Source: Tubulanus polymorphus
Taxonomy: Eukaryota; Animalia; Nemertea
Direction of reading: 5' to 3'
Length of the DNA stretch: 64,000 nt
Assembly: GCF_964204645.1 (NCBI RefSeq)
Contig: NC_134027.1
Span: 12,308,485 to 12,372,484 of the forward strand
This document shows positions 1-13,513 of this stretch, piece by piece (position 1 is the first letter of the stretch; every line of letters begins with the position of its first letter). The notes under the pieces were generated by a model that worked only from the letters and a program-made list of their open reading frames with translations, was not told where the DNA came from and searched no databases. Position numbers and translations under genes: made by a program.

Positions 1-540
1 GTGCAGCTTTTGATCTCACAAAGATTCAATAGTTTTGCCTTTTCCCTCGTGCTAACAGTAACATTATGCCCTAAAGTTGTTGCATTGCTAGAGGTCTTCT
101 TTTTTCGTTGCTTTCACCAGGAATCCCGTTTTTGAAATTCTTTTTTTGTTTTGTTTGATGCGGTTCTTTACTACTTCGTTGGATTTGGTGTAGCACTCAT
201 GAGCTTGAAGGCTTTGTGCTGCTCAGTCTTCTATTTCCCAATGGTAAGCTCATATGCCTCAGTCCAGACTGTTCCAATCAGTTTCCAGTTCAAGATTTTG
301 GTACTCAATTTCCTGTGTCAATACTTGAAACTGGTTTGACATTGTCACACCAAATTATTCTGCTGCATTTCCTTGAGGTAGTCCACATTATACCTGTGGT
401 ATTTGCAGAGGAATTTCAATCTTCTTTAGTGCCTCTTTCTAAGCATGAGTGCAACACCTGCTGTATATGGAGCATCGTCATTTTCAGGTCCAGAATGCAA
501 AGTTAACTCTCAAGAATGTAGTTTTCTCCGTCCAGACTGG
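1..540 (-). mobile_element. Degenerate RTE-clade non-LTR retrotransposon remnant (endonuclease region) in a GGCT intron
   Basis: Minus-strand translation around 440-540 gives QSGRRKLHS*ELTLHSGPENDDAPYTAGVALMLRK, resembling the RTE APE-endonuclease segment (..LLYSGH....APHT.GVALML); stops and frameshifts throughout. Confidence 0.45.
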
Positions 541-703
541 CAAAGTTAACATACTTGACATATGACTTATATTGGCACCATAACAAATGTTGTTTTAATT
601 GAATTAATTCTCGTTTAGAAAAATCTTAGAACAGAATGAGCAGTGATATTAATAAGGATGACATTGTGATTAACTTTTACTGTTATTTGTATTGATATTT
701 CAG

Positions 704-849
704 AATTACAAGTTAAGCTTTATGAATATTGAGGGATCAACTAAGTCCAGTTGGAAAGGTGCAGCTGCAACAATTGTTGAGTCTAGGGGAAGTTATGTCT
801 ATGGTGTGGTCTATGAGATTTCATTGAAGGAGCAAAAAAATTTAGACAT
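704..849 (+). CDS. GGCT: Gamma-glutamylcyclotransferase, internal exon (5' exons lie outside the window)
   Basis: tttcag acceptor at 703, GT donor at 850; encodes NYKLSFMNIEGSTKSSWKGAAATIVESRGSYVYGVVYEISLKEQKNLD, matching the GGCT W.G..ATI......V.GVV(W/Y) motif. Confidence 0.85.
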
Positions 850-1278
850 GTATGTAATATACAACGGTAACTGTAAACATCGTTAATTCAGGTCCACTGA
901 AAAAACAGCCATTTTTTGTTGTCATCATTCCGAGGACCAATCCATCGCAAGTTTCTTGTCACCACATATGCATGAGAGGTTTGGTATATTTCCAAATAAT
1001 CGAATATCTGTATGACAATAAAGATATTCGATGTTCAATGTTGAAAAGAGATTTTTTATAATGATTCTATTAAGTTAAAGTATAATTACATAGCTAAAAT
1101 TCATAATGACTATGTACATCATTCTGAGCTGATGTAGTATTTGATTGACTTGACCTAAACCCCGATTTACCGCCACACTGATTACCGCCAAAATCAGGGA
1201 TCCCCACGGGTGGCATTAAATTGAGGTATGACTATAGTCTTACTTCAATAAAGTAATTGACGTACTCTGTCGTTACAG

Positions 1279-1558
1279 CCAAGAGTTAGTCGCTGTTGGC
1301 AGATATCATCGAATAGAAGTTGAAGTTTTAGTCGACGACGGCGTTCCTCTGAAGTGTTGGTGTTACCAAATATGTCACCCACAGGCTGTGATCGGTGCAC
1401 CATCACCGCAGTACAAAGATGTCATAGTTCGTGGAGCAGTACAGAATAATTTACCACATGATTACTTGACATTTTTACACAACATTGAAGACAATAAATA
1501 CGATGGGGAATGCGAACTGTACGATACTGTGATGAAATTTTATGCTGACAATCAGTAG
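1279..1558 (+). CDS. GGCT: Gamma-glutamylcyclotransferase, last coding exon
   Basis: ttacag acceptor, phase-2 join gives LDIQE (catalytic Glu), then ...CWCYQ...PSPQYKDVIVRGAVQNNLPHDYLTFLHNIEDNKYDG...NQ, TAG at 1556-1558. Confidence 0.85.
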
Positions 1559-2137
1559 ACTGGTTTTCTAGATAAAACCCTTCCTCGTCATACATTTTAA
1601 TATTATCCATTTTGAATTTAAATGATGCCATGCATTGAAAACAAGGGACAAAGTGGTGATTTAATAGTGAATTGTTTCAATAATCTTAATTATCCAATAT
1701 CAATTGTCTATCGCTGCAATCAAAATATTATATTGATTGCAGCAATTTGCATATAAAAGCCAAGCCGGGCAAGACATGAATTTGAGATGGAAACACTTTT
1801 CTAGCTTATTTCTTGAAGAATAGTTTAACCAATCAGAGTTTTGCTTAGCACTTAAGCGGGCAGACCCATTGGTCGAAACAAAGTAGCAAAAATGTGCCGT
1901 TTTATTTCTTAGAGAATCACAAGCAAAATTGAGGACTGCACCTAAAAGTTAAGTGTGTCTCCGGTGTTTAGAAAAAATGTACTCTATTGGAAATGGGACC
2001 TTAATCTATCTACGTACTTCATGAATACAGTAGACTCCTCTTAATTTGAAAGTCTTCAAGTCTTCTTTAACACAAATCGTTGAATAATTGAAGCAGAATA
2101 TGAATGTAATTCCATTGAATAACTCAAATTATCACCT

Positions 2138-2927
2138 AGGGGTCATCCATTAATAACGTACGCATTGTTTCCCTTATTGAATTACATACAATTGCGTATA
2201 AAGGGGGAGGGGGCCAAATAATGGTGAGTATTGTATGCACCTTCATGACTTCTAAAATGTAATTCTGCTCAGGATGAATTTTTTCTATGTGCCTATATCG
2301 TCTCCCTCTTTTTTTCTACGGAGCAAACTCATCCTTACTAAGTATTCAAGTATGTTGATAATAGACTATTATCAACATACTTAAAGACTTTTTTCATTAC
2401 CGGTACACAGCATTTATATGTACTCAATTTATAAAGTAGCAAAGAAAGGCTAGTCAATGTTTGAATTGAATCTCCCATGGGTGGATCCGAGGCCATATAT
2501 CGAGCGGGTTCAGTAATTGCAGGCAGCCGGGCAGCACTCACTATTATGGAAGAGGGTACTTTCTATGTCGAATCACGGCAAAAAAGGGCACTTAACATCA
2601 AACTTGTGGTTTTCAGGGGAACTTACTATGCAAAATCATGCCAAGGGAGGGCACTTTTACGTCAAATCTATTGATTAAGGGGCACAGACAAAGCTCGACG
2701 GTATTCCGGAACCCCCTGGATCTGCCCCGTCTCTTTGCTTGTTGACTATAATCGAACGTATTGTATGAGTGTATGGAAGTGGAGGAGGGCCGTTGTCAGC
2801 AGATGTGTTGGTAGTATGTACGCAGTGGGAGGATAAACTTGTGCATACAAAGGAGTAAAATGGAGGAAGGGAGAGATGGGTCTAAATTTTTGGAAATTTT
2901 AGCGTACCTAATAAATGGATGTTCCCT
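2138..2927. mobile_element. MITE with AGGGGTCATCCAT-type TIRs; contains a nested GGATCC-type MITE (~2476-2729)
   Basis: aggggtcatccattaataacgtacgc ... gcgtacctaataaatggatgttccct; same family as 36957-38037. Confidence 0.5.
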
Positions 2928-3397
2928 TACTCGAACAAAATTCACTGATCCAAATTGATTGGAGTTAGGAGTCTATATACTGTATAATATATGCTATTAT
3001 ATCATATTCCTCAATATCATTATTCGGTCTATGTAATTGGCTTAAGTTAAATTTGCATAGTATACTTATAAACAACGTTGCATATATTACGGAGGGAATG
3101 TATCATTTCATTTGAGTAATTAACAGTACTGCTGACTATTTTGTATTTTAATTATGTGCATGAATTTATAGTTTTAAATCGTACAGCATGTGTTCAGTTA
3201 CCTATTTTTGATTCAAAATCTTTTAATTTAATCAACATTTGAACCTATTTTAACAGATATAATTATAATAACCTACACGTATATTTTCATGTATACTTAG
3301 TGCAGTGATAATAATATTCTTTAGTATGAAATGTTTCTTTTGTGCTTGTTTCATCTTTCAAGATTCTTCGTTGATTTGTCACCATTCTTGTTATCAC

Positions 3398-3897
3398 ATG
3401 TCACCCCGGTAGGGCGGGGAGACATTCTATTTTACTTCTTACATTCTTTCTCACTCATCCAATATGGCCGCTACTGCAGACATCTTTAATTTCTTGCTAG
3501 CGCTCTTCACACGTCAAATAATGTGCGATTGCTTTTAAAATTGCTGTGTCTAATTAAGTAGGTCCATGGATGAAACCTTTTAAAAATTGGCCTTCTCACT
3601 CTTGCTCTACCAATTTCTTGAAAAATGACTTGACATGGCAGCTTTAACCGATGAATGCCTTCTCTTTTCTTCTGGACTCGGCCTTTAAATTTTCCTAGAT
3701 CCGCCCCTGATTAGATATGTGTCATTGATCACTTCTGCGCAATTTCTTGTTAAAATTTTGTTTGGCCTATTAAGACTATCATTATGAAAAATAGCATTTC
3801 TTGCTCCTTTATATAACTGCCTTGGCAGATATGGAACTTTGCAAAATCTTCATTGAACTTTTAACATGCCAGGGTGGCATATGTGCCACTTTCTAGT
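3398..3897 (+). mobile_element. Non-autonomous Helentron-like element (HINE), subTIR ATGTCACCC
   Basis: 5' atgtcacccc with adjacent hairpin; 3' gggtggcat followed by a short stem-loop and CTAGT. Confidence 0.4.
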
Positions 3898-4237
3898 GAC
3901 TCATGATCTCAGCCAGGTTATAGGTCAAATACATCCATAACTTCACCATCGAGAAGCCTTTCTGTCAAGAGTTGGTGAAATTCTTCCAGCCCCAAAACAT
4001 ACCACTTATGAATGATTCACTTTATTAATTACCTTTTATTCCATTATTCATTATTCATTAGGCTAAAAAAAATAATTACTTTGTAACTCTGCTGAGATTA
4101 AAAGTTGACCTGGCTGGCCACCTGTCCACCCTATACATTACTTTTTTCGTGATCAATTTTACCATCGTGATCAATTTTACCATAACAGACCCGGCCGCTA
4201 TAGAAATGAACTGTTTACAAATTTTATCATATTTTAC

Positions 4238-4544
4238 AACAAGAAACAAAATTCTTAACATGGACTTTCCTAAATTAACATGAGTACTTATTAAACAGTG
4301 AGATAATTGCTCGTAGATCACACACAACCACATGCCGATTCATCTAACATGGTACTGGGTTTTCCCCACTGACTCAAATAGACATGTTCATCGTGTGACG
4401 ATTTCTATACACTATGTACGAAGTTTGTTCGACAATTTATTTTCTTAAATTGAACAATTTCCAAGATTCACTCCCCTCTTTACCAATTTTACTGACCTTC
4501 TATAAGGCAAAAATGGACTTCGCTAAAGCGAAAGTCCATGAAAA
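4238..4544 (-). mobile_element. Non-autonomous Helentron-like element (HINE), subTIR CATGGACTTT
   Basis: Minus strand begins TTTTCATGGACTTTCGCTTTAGCGAAGTCCAT (subTIR plus hairpin) and ends AAAGTCCATG...CTTGTT. Confidence 0.45.
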
Positions 4545-5330
4545 TAACCCAGGCGCTGCGTAGAAACAAGGTATCATTATTGTTTTGCCTTACTCCCGGT
4601 TGAACTCATACAGCAATGTATGATACTGAAATGCCTAGAATGGGGGAAAATATGAACGTCATCATGAACTGATCGTCTAAGCTTTTCAATAGTGGACTGC
4701 TCCCGGATTCAGGTTATTACATACCTGGAACTCGCATGAATAGTGTTCAAGTAGCTAACAGACTAGTCTACTGTTTATACCAACATAAATGACACTATTG
4801 AAACAATTAGATCTTGGATCTCGTCACGCCAATGAATTCTGAAATCAAAAAGTGGGGCAGTCGGAACAGGGAAAGTGGGCAGTCAGAACTGGGAATGGGG
4901 ATGGGTTTAAGTGGCTGATCCAGGCAAATTATAATAAATCACACGTTGCAATTTTCTTTACTACCGGTAACCTTGTGAAATAAAATAACTGATATCCTGC
5001 AAAATCGAGAAATTGCTGTAATAAAACATGTTTATGTTTTATTGCATGATACAGTAACCCTTGCCTTATTCGGACATAGCCAACTCCCAATTTTGACTAA
5101 CACGCTAAAAAATTGAATCATTTATCTGACTTGCTAATATGTATTTTCCTATTCCGAATGGACTTCATTTACCACGGACCAATTTTGCCGGCCCAGTTTG
5201 TCCGGGTTAGGACCTCCTATCATGCATCAAAATGAACTATTTCCTTTTATTGCAATAGAAAATAGTTAGTCCAAGCTTTGCTATGACAGAACAAAACCAC
5301 ACAACACTTTATACATGTATCATTTAAAAA

Positions 5331-5336
5331 TTTATT
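5331..5336 (-). terminator. Candidate polyadenylation signal of MsrA
   Basis: AATAAA on the minus strand about 70 nt downstream of the SECIS. Confidence 0.4.
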
Positions 5337-5403
5337 TGTCAACAAGGAATTATAAAAAGAGCTTGCATGCAGATATTTTATGATGTCGCTGTCAAAGATT
5401 CCT

Positions 5404-5474
5404 TTTCGTATTTTATTTCATCCTCGAAGTATGTCTTATTTAGCATTTCACTGCGAGGAGTCATCAGCCGAAGT
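5404..5474 (-). promoter_or_regulatory. SECIS element (type II-like) in the MsrA 3'UTR
   Basis: Minus strand: uucggcug AUGAC UCCUCGCAGUG AAA UGCUAAAUAAGACA UACUUCGAGGA UGAA auaaaauacgaa. It has the AUGA/GA quartet, an 11-position helix II (UCCUCG:CGAGGA, one C.U mismatch, AGUG:UACU), unpaired AAA, an apical mini-stem and a short helix I (uucg:cgaa); about 510 nt after the stop codon. Confidence 0.9.
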
Positions 5475-5982
5475 TTAGAATCTAAGAAAACGACCCAATT
5501 TATTCATATCATACACTTTCTAACACATGACCAAAAAAATTATACCTTGTTTTTCATCACACCTCTTTTGTAAGCCATGACGATCAGAGGTAGTATTAAT
5601 TTCAATGGTGCTATTTTTAATAGAGAAATAAAATTATCTGCTGCACATACGTTGTCCAGTTGTGGGGAGCATCTTTCCATTATTTACTATCAATTTGGAC
5701 ACCACTATGATTGGCCACTTTAAGAGTGGCTTAAAGCCACTATATATCTGGACCGATATCTTCATCTTAACCATACATTCACGCAACCACCTTGAGATTC
5801 CAGTAATGTTTACTGTAAACTAAACGCGGTTGAAAAAGGATTTGAATAAGGTAATAAAAAGGTGACTGCACACTAATTAAAGAATCTCACAGAATATTAC
5901 TTTCACAGTCCATAATATTGGCAAACGGTAATTTAAGCATTTCATTCGACTTGAGATTGGTGTTTTCAGTTGTTAAGAATTA

Positions 5983-6060
5983 TTAAGAGCGTAATCCTTT
6001 TTTGATTTGATTTCTGACATAGTTCACTTGATCATCATTCAAACCCAGCTGTTTCCATTC
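5983..6060 (-). CDS. MSRA: Selenoprotein MsrA, last coding exon
   Basis: tttgtag acceptor; EWKQLGLNDDQVNYVRNQIKKGLRS-TAA, phase 0 after ...LFEK. Confidence 0.8.
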   Translation of the reverse strand, partial: EWKQLGLNDDQVNYVRNQIKKGLRS

Positions 6061-7434
6061 CTACAAATGAAAGATATATCGCAATTAAAGCGCTTACAAA
6101 TTTGAATAAAGGATTGATTTATCTTTCTTTATGTTATTACGAACTGAATATCACAAAATAAAATTGATGAACTATGAAGGGCTCATCCTGAGCCTGAAGG
6201 CTATAACTCTGTACTGAGTGCGCAAGCCCAGTGACTGAAAACAAGTTACCGAAATTAGAAAGCTAAGTAATGGACTAGCAACACTACTGAGGCAATTGAG
6301 CATTCCTACGGGCTCGCTACATGATCAGTGAATCAATGCAAATTACAAGAAATCTAGATTAATCATGTTTTACATAGATTTGTGTATAAAAACATAGAAC
6401 TCAGATTAAAACAAATAATCCACGCTTCAATACCCTCCAATGACCTTGAAAACTGCCACAATCATAGAATAGTTGTTACAACTTCGAATTTGAATGTGGT
6501 AACAAAATATACACAGATCCCAATATACATGGAAATACACTTCACTGAGAAATTCCACCATTCAACACCCTGCTGAAATGCATAGGTACATATAAATTGA
6601 AATATTTTATACGTTTTTATATTGAACTCTTCCTGATGGCGAGAACAAAAACACTTGGTAATCCATGTGAGATGTAACCTATGACAGTGCTGACAATTAT
6701 CCAATATCTAGATATTAACAACCGGTTGATTCTTTCCTCAACGAGAGGACCATAAGGTCCATATGGTCAAAGAACTCCTAAATTTCAGGTTTCCGGTTTG
6801 TGACTGTTTCTGAGCATGGGTAATGTCTAGTGTAGCTATCTCCCTACATAATCTCCGTACATTAAGCTCACTGGGCATTTGCCATTTGAGTTTAGCCGGT
6901 TTACCATGAGAATCTAGCCAGATAAAGAGCTGTAAGTTGTATGCAATATATTACTTCAAATTTTGCCTATTTCCATAATTTCTCTGAATTTCCTGAATGT
7001 ACATTTAGCTGTTGTTCTACTTTTTGTAGTTAACTCGTTATCGTTCTCACTACCGCTCTGCCGGTCATTAAACCATTTGGTGTTTAAGCGTTGAGTGTGT
7101 TAGTCTTTTGTCTTCGACAGGTAACATGCGCCAGTTGTGCAGTAAGTTATACATACTCATATTACCAAGTGTATTATTAGTACTGTAGTGAACTACAACT
7201 GGTTTTTTAAGCTCAGCGTTTGGCATCGACTATTGATTTACCAATGAAAAGTTCATACAAATTTGATTGAAGGAAATATAAAAAAGTGATTTAAGCACAG
7301 TAACAGAACAAACACCTAGCCAACCTGGTGAAATCCTTGATTGCCATAGTACCAGTGAGGAACCTTAATTCAACCTAATGTTAAGTCATACCATCTAGTG
7401 GCGAGCTGCAACCTGTACTGAGATTTTTACAAAC

Positions 7435-7582
7435 CTTTTCAAAAAGTTCCAGTGGAGCATAACGGGCAGCATATCCATTCAACCGCGCAGCAACATGTGA
7501 CGTGATCAGTTCATCTTCGTCTATATTCAAACTCACTAACAAAGATCCATTATATACTTGTAACAAGTACTTCTGGTGATAG
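7435..7582 (-). CDS. MSRA: Selenoprotein MsrA, coding exon 3
   Basis: tttttcag acceptor; phase-2 join completes AEDYHQKY; ...ITSHVAARLNGY...LFEK, then AAG|GTTTGT donor. Confidence 0.9.
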
Positions 7583-7875
7583 CTGAAAAAAGACATATTA
7601 CCAGTCACTCCAGTCACTCAGGGGTTACCCAGCCAACCACCGTTACCGCTTGAGCGTTCTCATGGATAAACAAAGTTCAGATACAATAGTGGACTGTCTC
7701 GCTTTCAGATGTGAGGAAAATCGAGTTTGGCCACCTAAAACGTGTGGACTATATCGGTCTATATCTATATATTGGACTATATCAAGGAGACCTATAAGTT
7801 TGTATCCACAATTTCCATGGTTGTAATTGCATCCACAAGGAAGAAACCTAGCCTAAGTAAACAATTAACACTTAC

Positions 7876-8127
7876 TCTTCGGCATCATAAAATGTTTCCG
7901 CCGGTAGAATCTTAGTGACGGTCTTTCGTTTTATTTTCTCCTCGTGTTCGAGTTTAGTTTTTTCAGCAGCGAGCCTTTGCTCGTCTGAATGGTAAAATAT
8001 TGCCGACATATACTGACGTTTGTGACAAGTTGTCGAGTCGTGGCTCTTCCAAAATAGGTGGAGCAAATTTTTATAACTTGTAACTTTCGGATCGAAGTCA
8101 ATATCAACAGTTTCGGTATGATCACCC
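7876..8127 (-). CDS. MSRA: Selenoprotein MsrA, coding exon 2
   Basis: ttacag acceptor, GTAAG donor; GDHTETVDIDFDP..SYKNLLHLFWKSHD...RQYMSAIFYH...FYDAE, all PMSR-family motifs. Confidence 0.95.
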
Positions 8128-8450
8128 CTGTAACATAAAAATATATTGCATTTGATATATTTACTATAGAAACCTATGTAAAGCACCGCTATTCATAAGG
8201 CCATGGAGCTGGTAACACGGGTCTAAGTTTAAATCTACAAAACAATTCAGAAAATCTTAAGGGTCAAGGTAAGACAAGGGTTGACAGAATTACACCGCCT
8301 GATAATCAAAGGTCCTTTTCAGAATGCACCCGAGAATCCTAAGTAGGCTTGCTAACTACCAGCTACTTAGAGTCCGCTTCATTAGTTGAATGTGCGCAGA
8401 ATGTAGATATTTAAGACGCTGAGCTTTTTTGGTCTGCTAGTGTTGATAGT

Positions 8451-9150
8451 GTAGGGAGCATTTCTGTACTTATTGACACCAGTGCTGGTATGACCATCAG
8501 TCTGAATGGGGAGTAGTGCCAGTGAAATGGACCATCTGAAACCAATTGAACCAGTGACCTCTTACATAACAACAAAAGGGTGGTCTGTCTGGCATACAAT
8601 TGGAGCACACAGATTCCCAACCAACTCTTCTGATTTACTTCTGGCCAAGGCTTGCATAATCCCAGTCGGACAACACAAAAAAGTTGTTTCTACCGCATAC
8701 CTTGGAGATACAACAGAGGTTCAAATGTTAACAAGGCAACTGTTTTTTTAGCCAACTCTTCAAACTTCATATGTCATGTAAAGCAGGGCCAATTCATAGG
8801 GGATCTTGGTACTGGAACCTCACCACCAAGAAAGACACCAGGGCCTGGTTCCACAGTTGTGAGTTAGAGTAAACTCTGAGTTAAAATCAGTTCATTTTCA
8901 ATGTTTTAACTATAGATTTACCTCATAACTGTGGAACTGGATCCAGATGTTTCTGTAATCCCTCAAGCAAGGGTCTAGATTAATATTTGTCTGACACTGC
9001 CTGTTGTTGAGTAATCTTCAATGACTGCTTGGACAGGTGTTATTGCAGTTTGTGATGAGTTCACTGTTTCTACATCTGTCCTGGTATGTCTGAGATGACC
9101 ACTCAACAGTCCTACCTCTCACACATCAGTGGTGATGCTCTTACATCAAA
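8451..9150 (+). mobile_element. Highly degenerate Ty3/Gypsy-like pol remnant in an MsrA intron
   Basis: VGSISVLIDTSAGMTIS (aspartic protease LIDTGA-like) at 8451 and a faint 'DSYPLP.I.D.L'-like RT segment near 9105-9145; many stops. Confidence 0.3.
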
Positions 9151-10610
9151 AAACTAATTGGGCGAAGCTTTATTATGCAATCCATATATTTCAGACTAAA
9201 GAACTGCACTGAGCTTATTCGCTGGAAGATACGCTCCTAGAAAGCATTTATCATAAGCGACTTAACTGGTGGAACTGAACAGTTGATGGTGCGAATAATA
9301 CTAATGGCTCCAATCACTACAACACTTCGCCTAATAACAACCAATTTAAGTGCGAGTTTCCCCTAATAATTTCAAAACTGCTGATGTCCCCAAAAAAGCA
9401 GGCAATCAGAGCGTGGGTTTCCCATGATTACGTCTAACATGCTTGACATATTGATATTAGCTTGGTGCTGTGCCGTTGATATATTATATAAGCTTTCAAT
9501 CAAGGAATCCTGTCAATTGTTTCCAAGAAATGACAAGAAATAATTGACAGCGCAATAAACTTGATCCATCATTAATTAAGTCTACTGTACGCACGCTAAA
9601 CATGATATTTTTTCGTCTGTCAATCCTTGGAGTAAATTCAGTCTGATTAATCCAAGGTCAATCGGAGTCAGTAGCCTACTATATCAATGCACGAGCATCT
9701 GTGAGGATTGTGATGGGGATAACACTTCATTGCTGAGTAAAACCGATATAAAAATTCACTGACAGGTAAGCCCTTCATGCACCCTAAAACTTTCCATATT
9801 TCATCAGGATTATGGGAACATATATTACAGGCTGCTCATAGCTACTAATCATAGATACAGGTAAATGACGTATCACGAGCATTTTTCTATCAGATTATGA
9901 GTTCTTTAAAATGAAGCGTTATGTAACTATATCCATGGCAGTAGAAGATACTACGGGTTTTGTTTGGTGAGTGGCAGGCTTTCTACTAGCTACGATGCCT
10001 GTAGGTCTTCGACCATAAATACTGAAGAGAGCCATTGTACATGATGGTCGAAAGCATGCCCGCCCAGTTTGTCACTGGCATGAAGGCTTTCGGGCATCAG
10101 TTAAGTGGTCACAGCCAACAATGTCAATAGAAACATTTTAAGTTCTGGGAACCGAACGCAGGTGATTGATATTCCAGCATGGAGGTACATTTTTGCGTCT
10201 CGTGGGCAAGCTGGAGAATAAACAGTAACTAAGAATTGGAGATCTCACTGGCCCATTCTCATGCCGAGTGACTACATCATTAAAGGAGCTAGGCACGGCA
10301 ATTACATTTATGTCAGCAATGAGCAGGAATTTGGTGACACTGTTCAAGGTTACATTGCAAAGCAACCAGGGGCCAGTTGCTTTTAAGATGGTTATAACAG
10401 GGAAGTGTGATGAGATGGAATACGGATGCTATTATACTGCTCTTGTCGAATGTGTGTTGTAATTGCCCTAATGCCGATAGCGGTTTGTCGGCAAGCACTT
10501 TGTTACGAACCGCCCTGAGCGATAACCAGCGAGATCGGGAAGCTCCGTCATAATTCAGTTGTTTCCGCTCTGTTAAAAATGGCAACGGTGTTATTGTAAT
10601 CAGGGAAGTG

Positions 10611-10690
10611 TTTCGTATTTATTCTATAGATATTTCAATTTTCAACGAAAATAAATTGAAAATTGAAATATCTATAGAATAAATACGAAA
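10611..10690. repeat. Perfect 35-bp-arm inverted repeat
   Basis: tttcgtatttattctatagatatttcaattttcaa - 10 nt - ttgaaaattgaaatatctatagaataaatacgaaa. Confidence 0.9.
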
Positions 10691-11023
10691 GTATAAATGA
10701 TGACGATTTTTACGATCTACTCTTTGATAGTGATGAATTGGTTCAGGTCGGTACGGAAATATTACGGGAATCCTCTGGATCAATTAATTTGACCGATTCT
10801 AATGATTTCAGGGATATAATTCGTTATTTTATACATTTTGGTTGTAGTCTCTGCATAATCCTCCATTATCCAAGAACAGTTCCTTTTGAATCAATGAAAT
10901 TTCAGGATAGTTTCCACCTAATTTAGGCACTATATTTTTTCATTGTCTTATTCATATAGGCCTAGATACCACGGACTCAGCTGACCGGAGACCACGAGAA
11001 CACAAGAAAACACACATACAGGT

Positions 11024-11753
11024 TTTTTAGGGTTTCTGCTGCTTTCGCAGAAACCCTCTTGTCATTCTGTTGATTATTATTATCATTATTATATATTTTC
11101 CACTTTCCAGCCAAATGTAACTCCTCTCAGAATTAGACCGGTCTAAACTAGACCGGTCTTATTTAGAACGGTATTTTTGCCCGTGTGAACGCTTGGTCCG
11201 GACCAAATTTAGACTGGCCGAAATTTGGTCCGGTCCTGTGATTTGGATATTCTCAGAGCCTTCCTTCTTTATTCATTTATGAAATAACGTCACAATCTTT
11301 CAGATTCACGCCAGTATGCGCGCCATGATTGATGATTGCTATTTCCACCGGTGTTTAAAATAGGAAGCACAGTACATTTAAGAATCTGAGATAAAGAGAC
11401 TGTTATATTATTATCAGAGTTCAAAGCCGGGCATAGGTCGGCCTTGCGACTCACTGCGACTGCCAACGCAACGACTCAACGACCTACACTACCATGCGAC
11501 TGCCAGCGATGGGTTGTGACTGGCAGCGACGCTAGTCGCATGAGTCGCACATGTTCTACTTTCTGCGACGCGACCGTTGCAACCGACCTACGCGCTTTTG
11601 CGAATGGGAGCAACTAGTCGCAGACAGTCGCTGGAAATCACATCGCAACCGACTTACGCCCCCCACTTGTGACGCAACGCGACAATCGTGTCGCGTCGCG
11701 AGGTCAGCCTGAATGCAATAGGGTTTCTACCGAGGCAGCAGAAACCCTAAAAA
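11024..11753. mobile_element. Composite repeat: two inverted HINE-like 5' ends (TTTTAGGGTTTCT + hairpin) enclosing GCGAC/GTCGC-rich and GACCGG-rich MITE fragments
   Basis: ttttagggtttctgctgctttcgcagaaaccct at 11024 and its near reverse complement at ~11718-11753; internal element ~11430-11717 with many gcgac/gtcgc motifs. Confidence 0.45.
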
Positions 11754-13192
11754 TATAGGCCTACCAGAAAGGACTTAATTTTGGTCAGTGATAACTGACT
11801 TTTTAACGAGAATGAAATCTTCGAAAAATTGATAAGGCCTATGGGAATTTTTGTCTCAACAAATTAATGTTCATAATTTTAATACATTCATACAATGACA
11901 TATATAATAACTAAAACTATGAGTGACCCGGCAGTGAAAACCTGGGTTTCATTGGAGGTTTTTCACTATCATGCGGCCCAATTAGGACCACAGAGACTTG
12001 TCACAATTGATAGTGAATGAATAAAACCAGTATCAATGACCAACCCTTGTATCCCTGGTCCCTGTGATTAGGACAGATTTCCCAAGTTTATGCCAATTAG
12101 CGGCCAGTAGTGCCGTTTACTGATGAAATAAAGTTTATCAATTGACATGGTATTTAATAATTTCATGATAGGATTGCTTCAAGTAGGCAGGCAAGCTTAC
12201 ATCTTCACTCACAAATCGTTGTTACGCGCGACTTGCGCCTTGACGTGCGTTATCTACAAATAACTGATACATACACGCAGTGAACAGTATAAGCCATTAT
12301 TGCATACGCGACAGTACACAACTCTTTTCAACAAAGCTCATCTGACTGTGCCGCGATTAACAAACTAATAGAAATAATCAGGATCGTTAATGCAAACGGC
12401 AATAAAAATGACTTCAATTAATGGTGATAAAACAATTATTCCAGTCGTGTAAATATCAGACTCATCTTAAAAAATTTGATGCTATCAGCTGATCTTTATT
12501 GGTATCATCAGTGAATCAGCCATATGGCAAACACAGAAGTAAATTTCCTCAATTTGAAACCAGAATTTCGTCGGATATCTTGATGCAACTTTACCTTATG
12601 CACAGGATTTCAAAACTAGATGAATCATTGAACACATCACACACAATAAATCATTATATCATACGCCTTGAGTATCAGTATTCACGCTAGAAATGATGAA
12701 TACGATCATCTTCAATTGTGCCGCCATTTCGTTTAGCAAAATAGCGCTTCTGCTGATCCACCTCATTAACATATTCAACGAATGCTATGACGTCATGATG
12801 GAGTTCAAACCAGGTCAACACAAATTTTACATAGCCGAGATTTTGGGGGGTTTCGTCTTTGAAAGCCCATAACTACCGAACAAAGCGTCAGATCTTGACG
12901 AGACAAAATTCTTCCGATGCAAATAGCATTGAATTTTCACATGTGTAATTTTGGACAGTTAAAGATGCTGCATAAAAAAACGTGCTCAAATAAATCGAAT
13001 TTTTTGTACTTTTTGGTCAATTCCTCAGAAATTATGAACCCCACTGCTTTCAACTTTGCGCACCATAAAGAAAAACTTATTACGAAATACATTTTCGCTT
13101 AATCCGTTCAATTCACCCATCAGTAGTGAAATTACAGGCTACTGAAATTGCGTTTGAGTGCGCTAAAAATAGCTTTGAGCGTAGTGTATTAA

Positions 13193-13513
13193 CTCATTCA
13201 CTCCGGAATACCCATATCTAAAATCGCGCGCAGCATACAGAATTTCTGCCATTTTGGTTAACAAGGGATTCCCCTCTGGTACTTCCCATGATCAATAGTG
13301 TCTATGACGCGTTGCGTACGGGATTCCATGGAATTCCCTCACAGAATTTATGATAATATTGTTTCCTTGCATTCTGATTGGTTAAAATCACGTGTAGTTT
13401 GAATATAGGCAGTGTTTACGCTTGTGACGTCACGAAAGCCGCTCTCAGTGGCTTTCCGTATGCAACGATAAATACCGGCGAGCCGCTGACAGCGGCTTAA
13501 CGTAGTCATTGAG
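13193..13513. mobile_element. TTAA-flanked MITE (piggyBac-like)
   Basis: ttaa|ctcattcact ... agtcattgag|ttaa; imperfect TIR. Confidence 0.4.
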
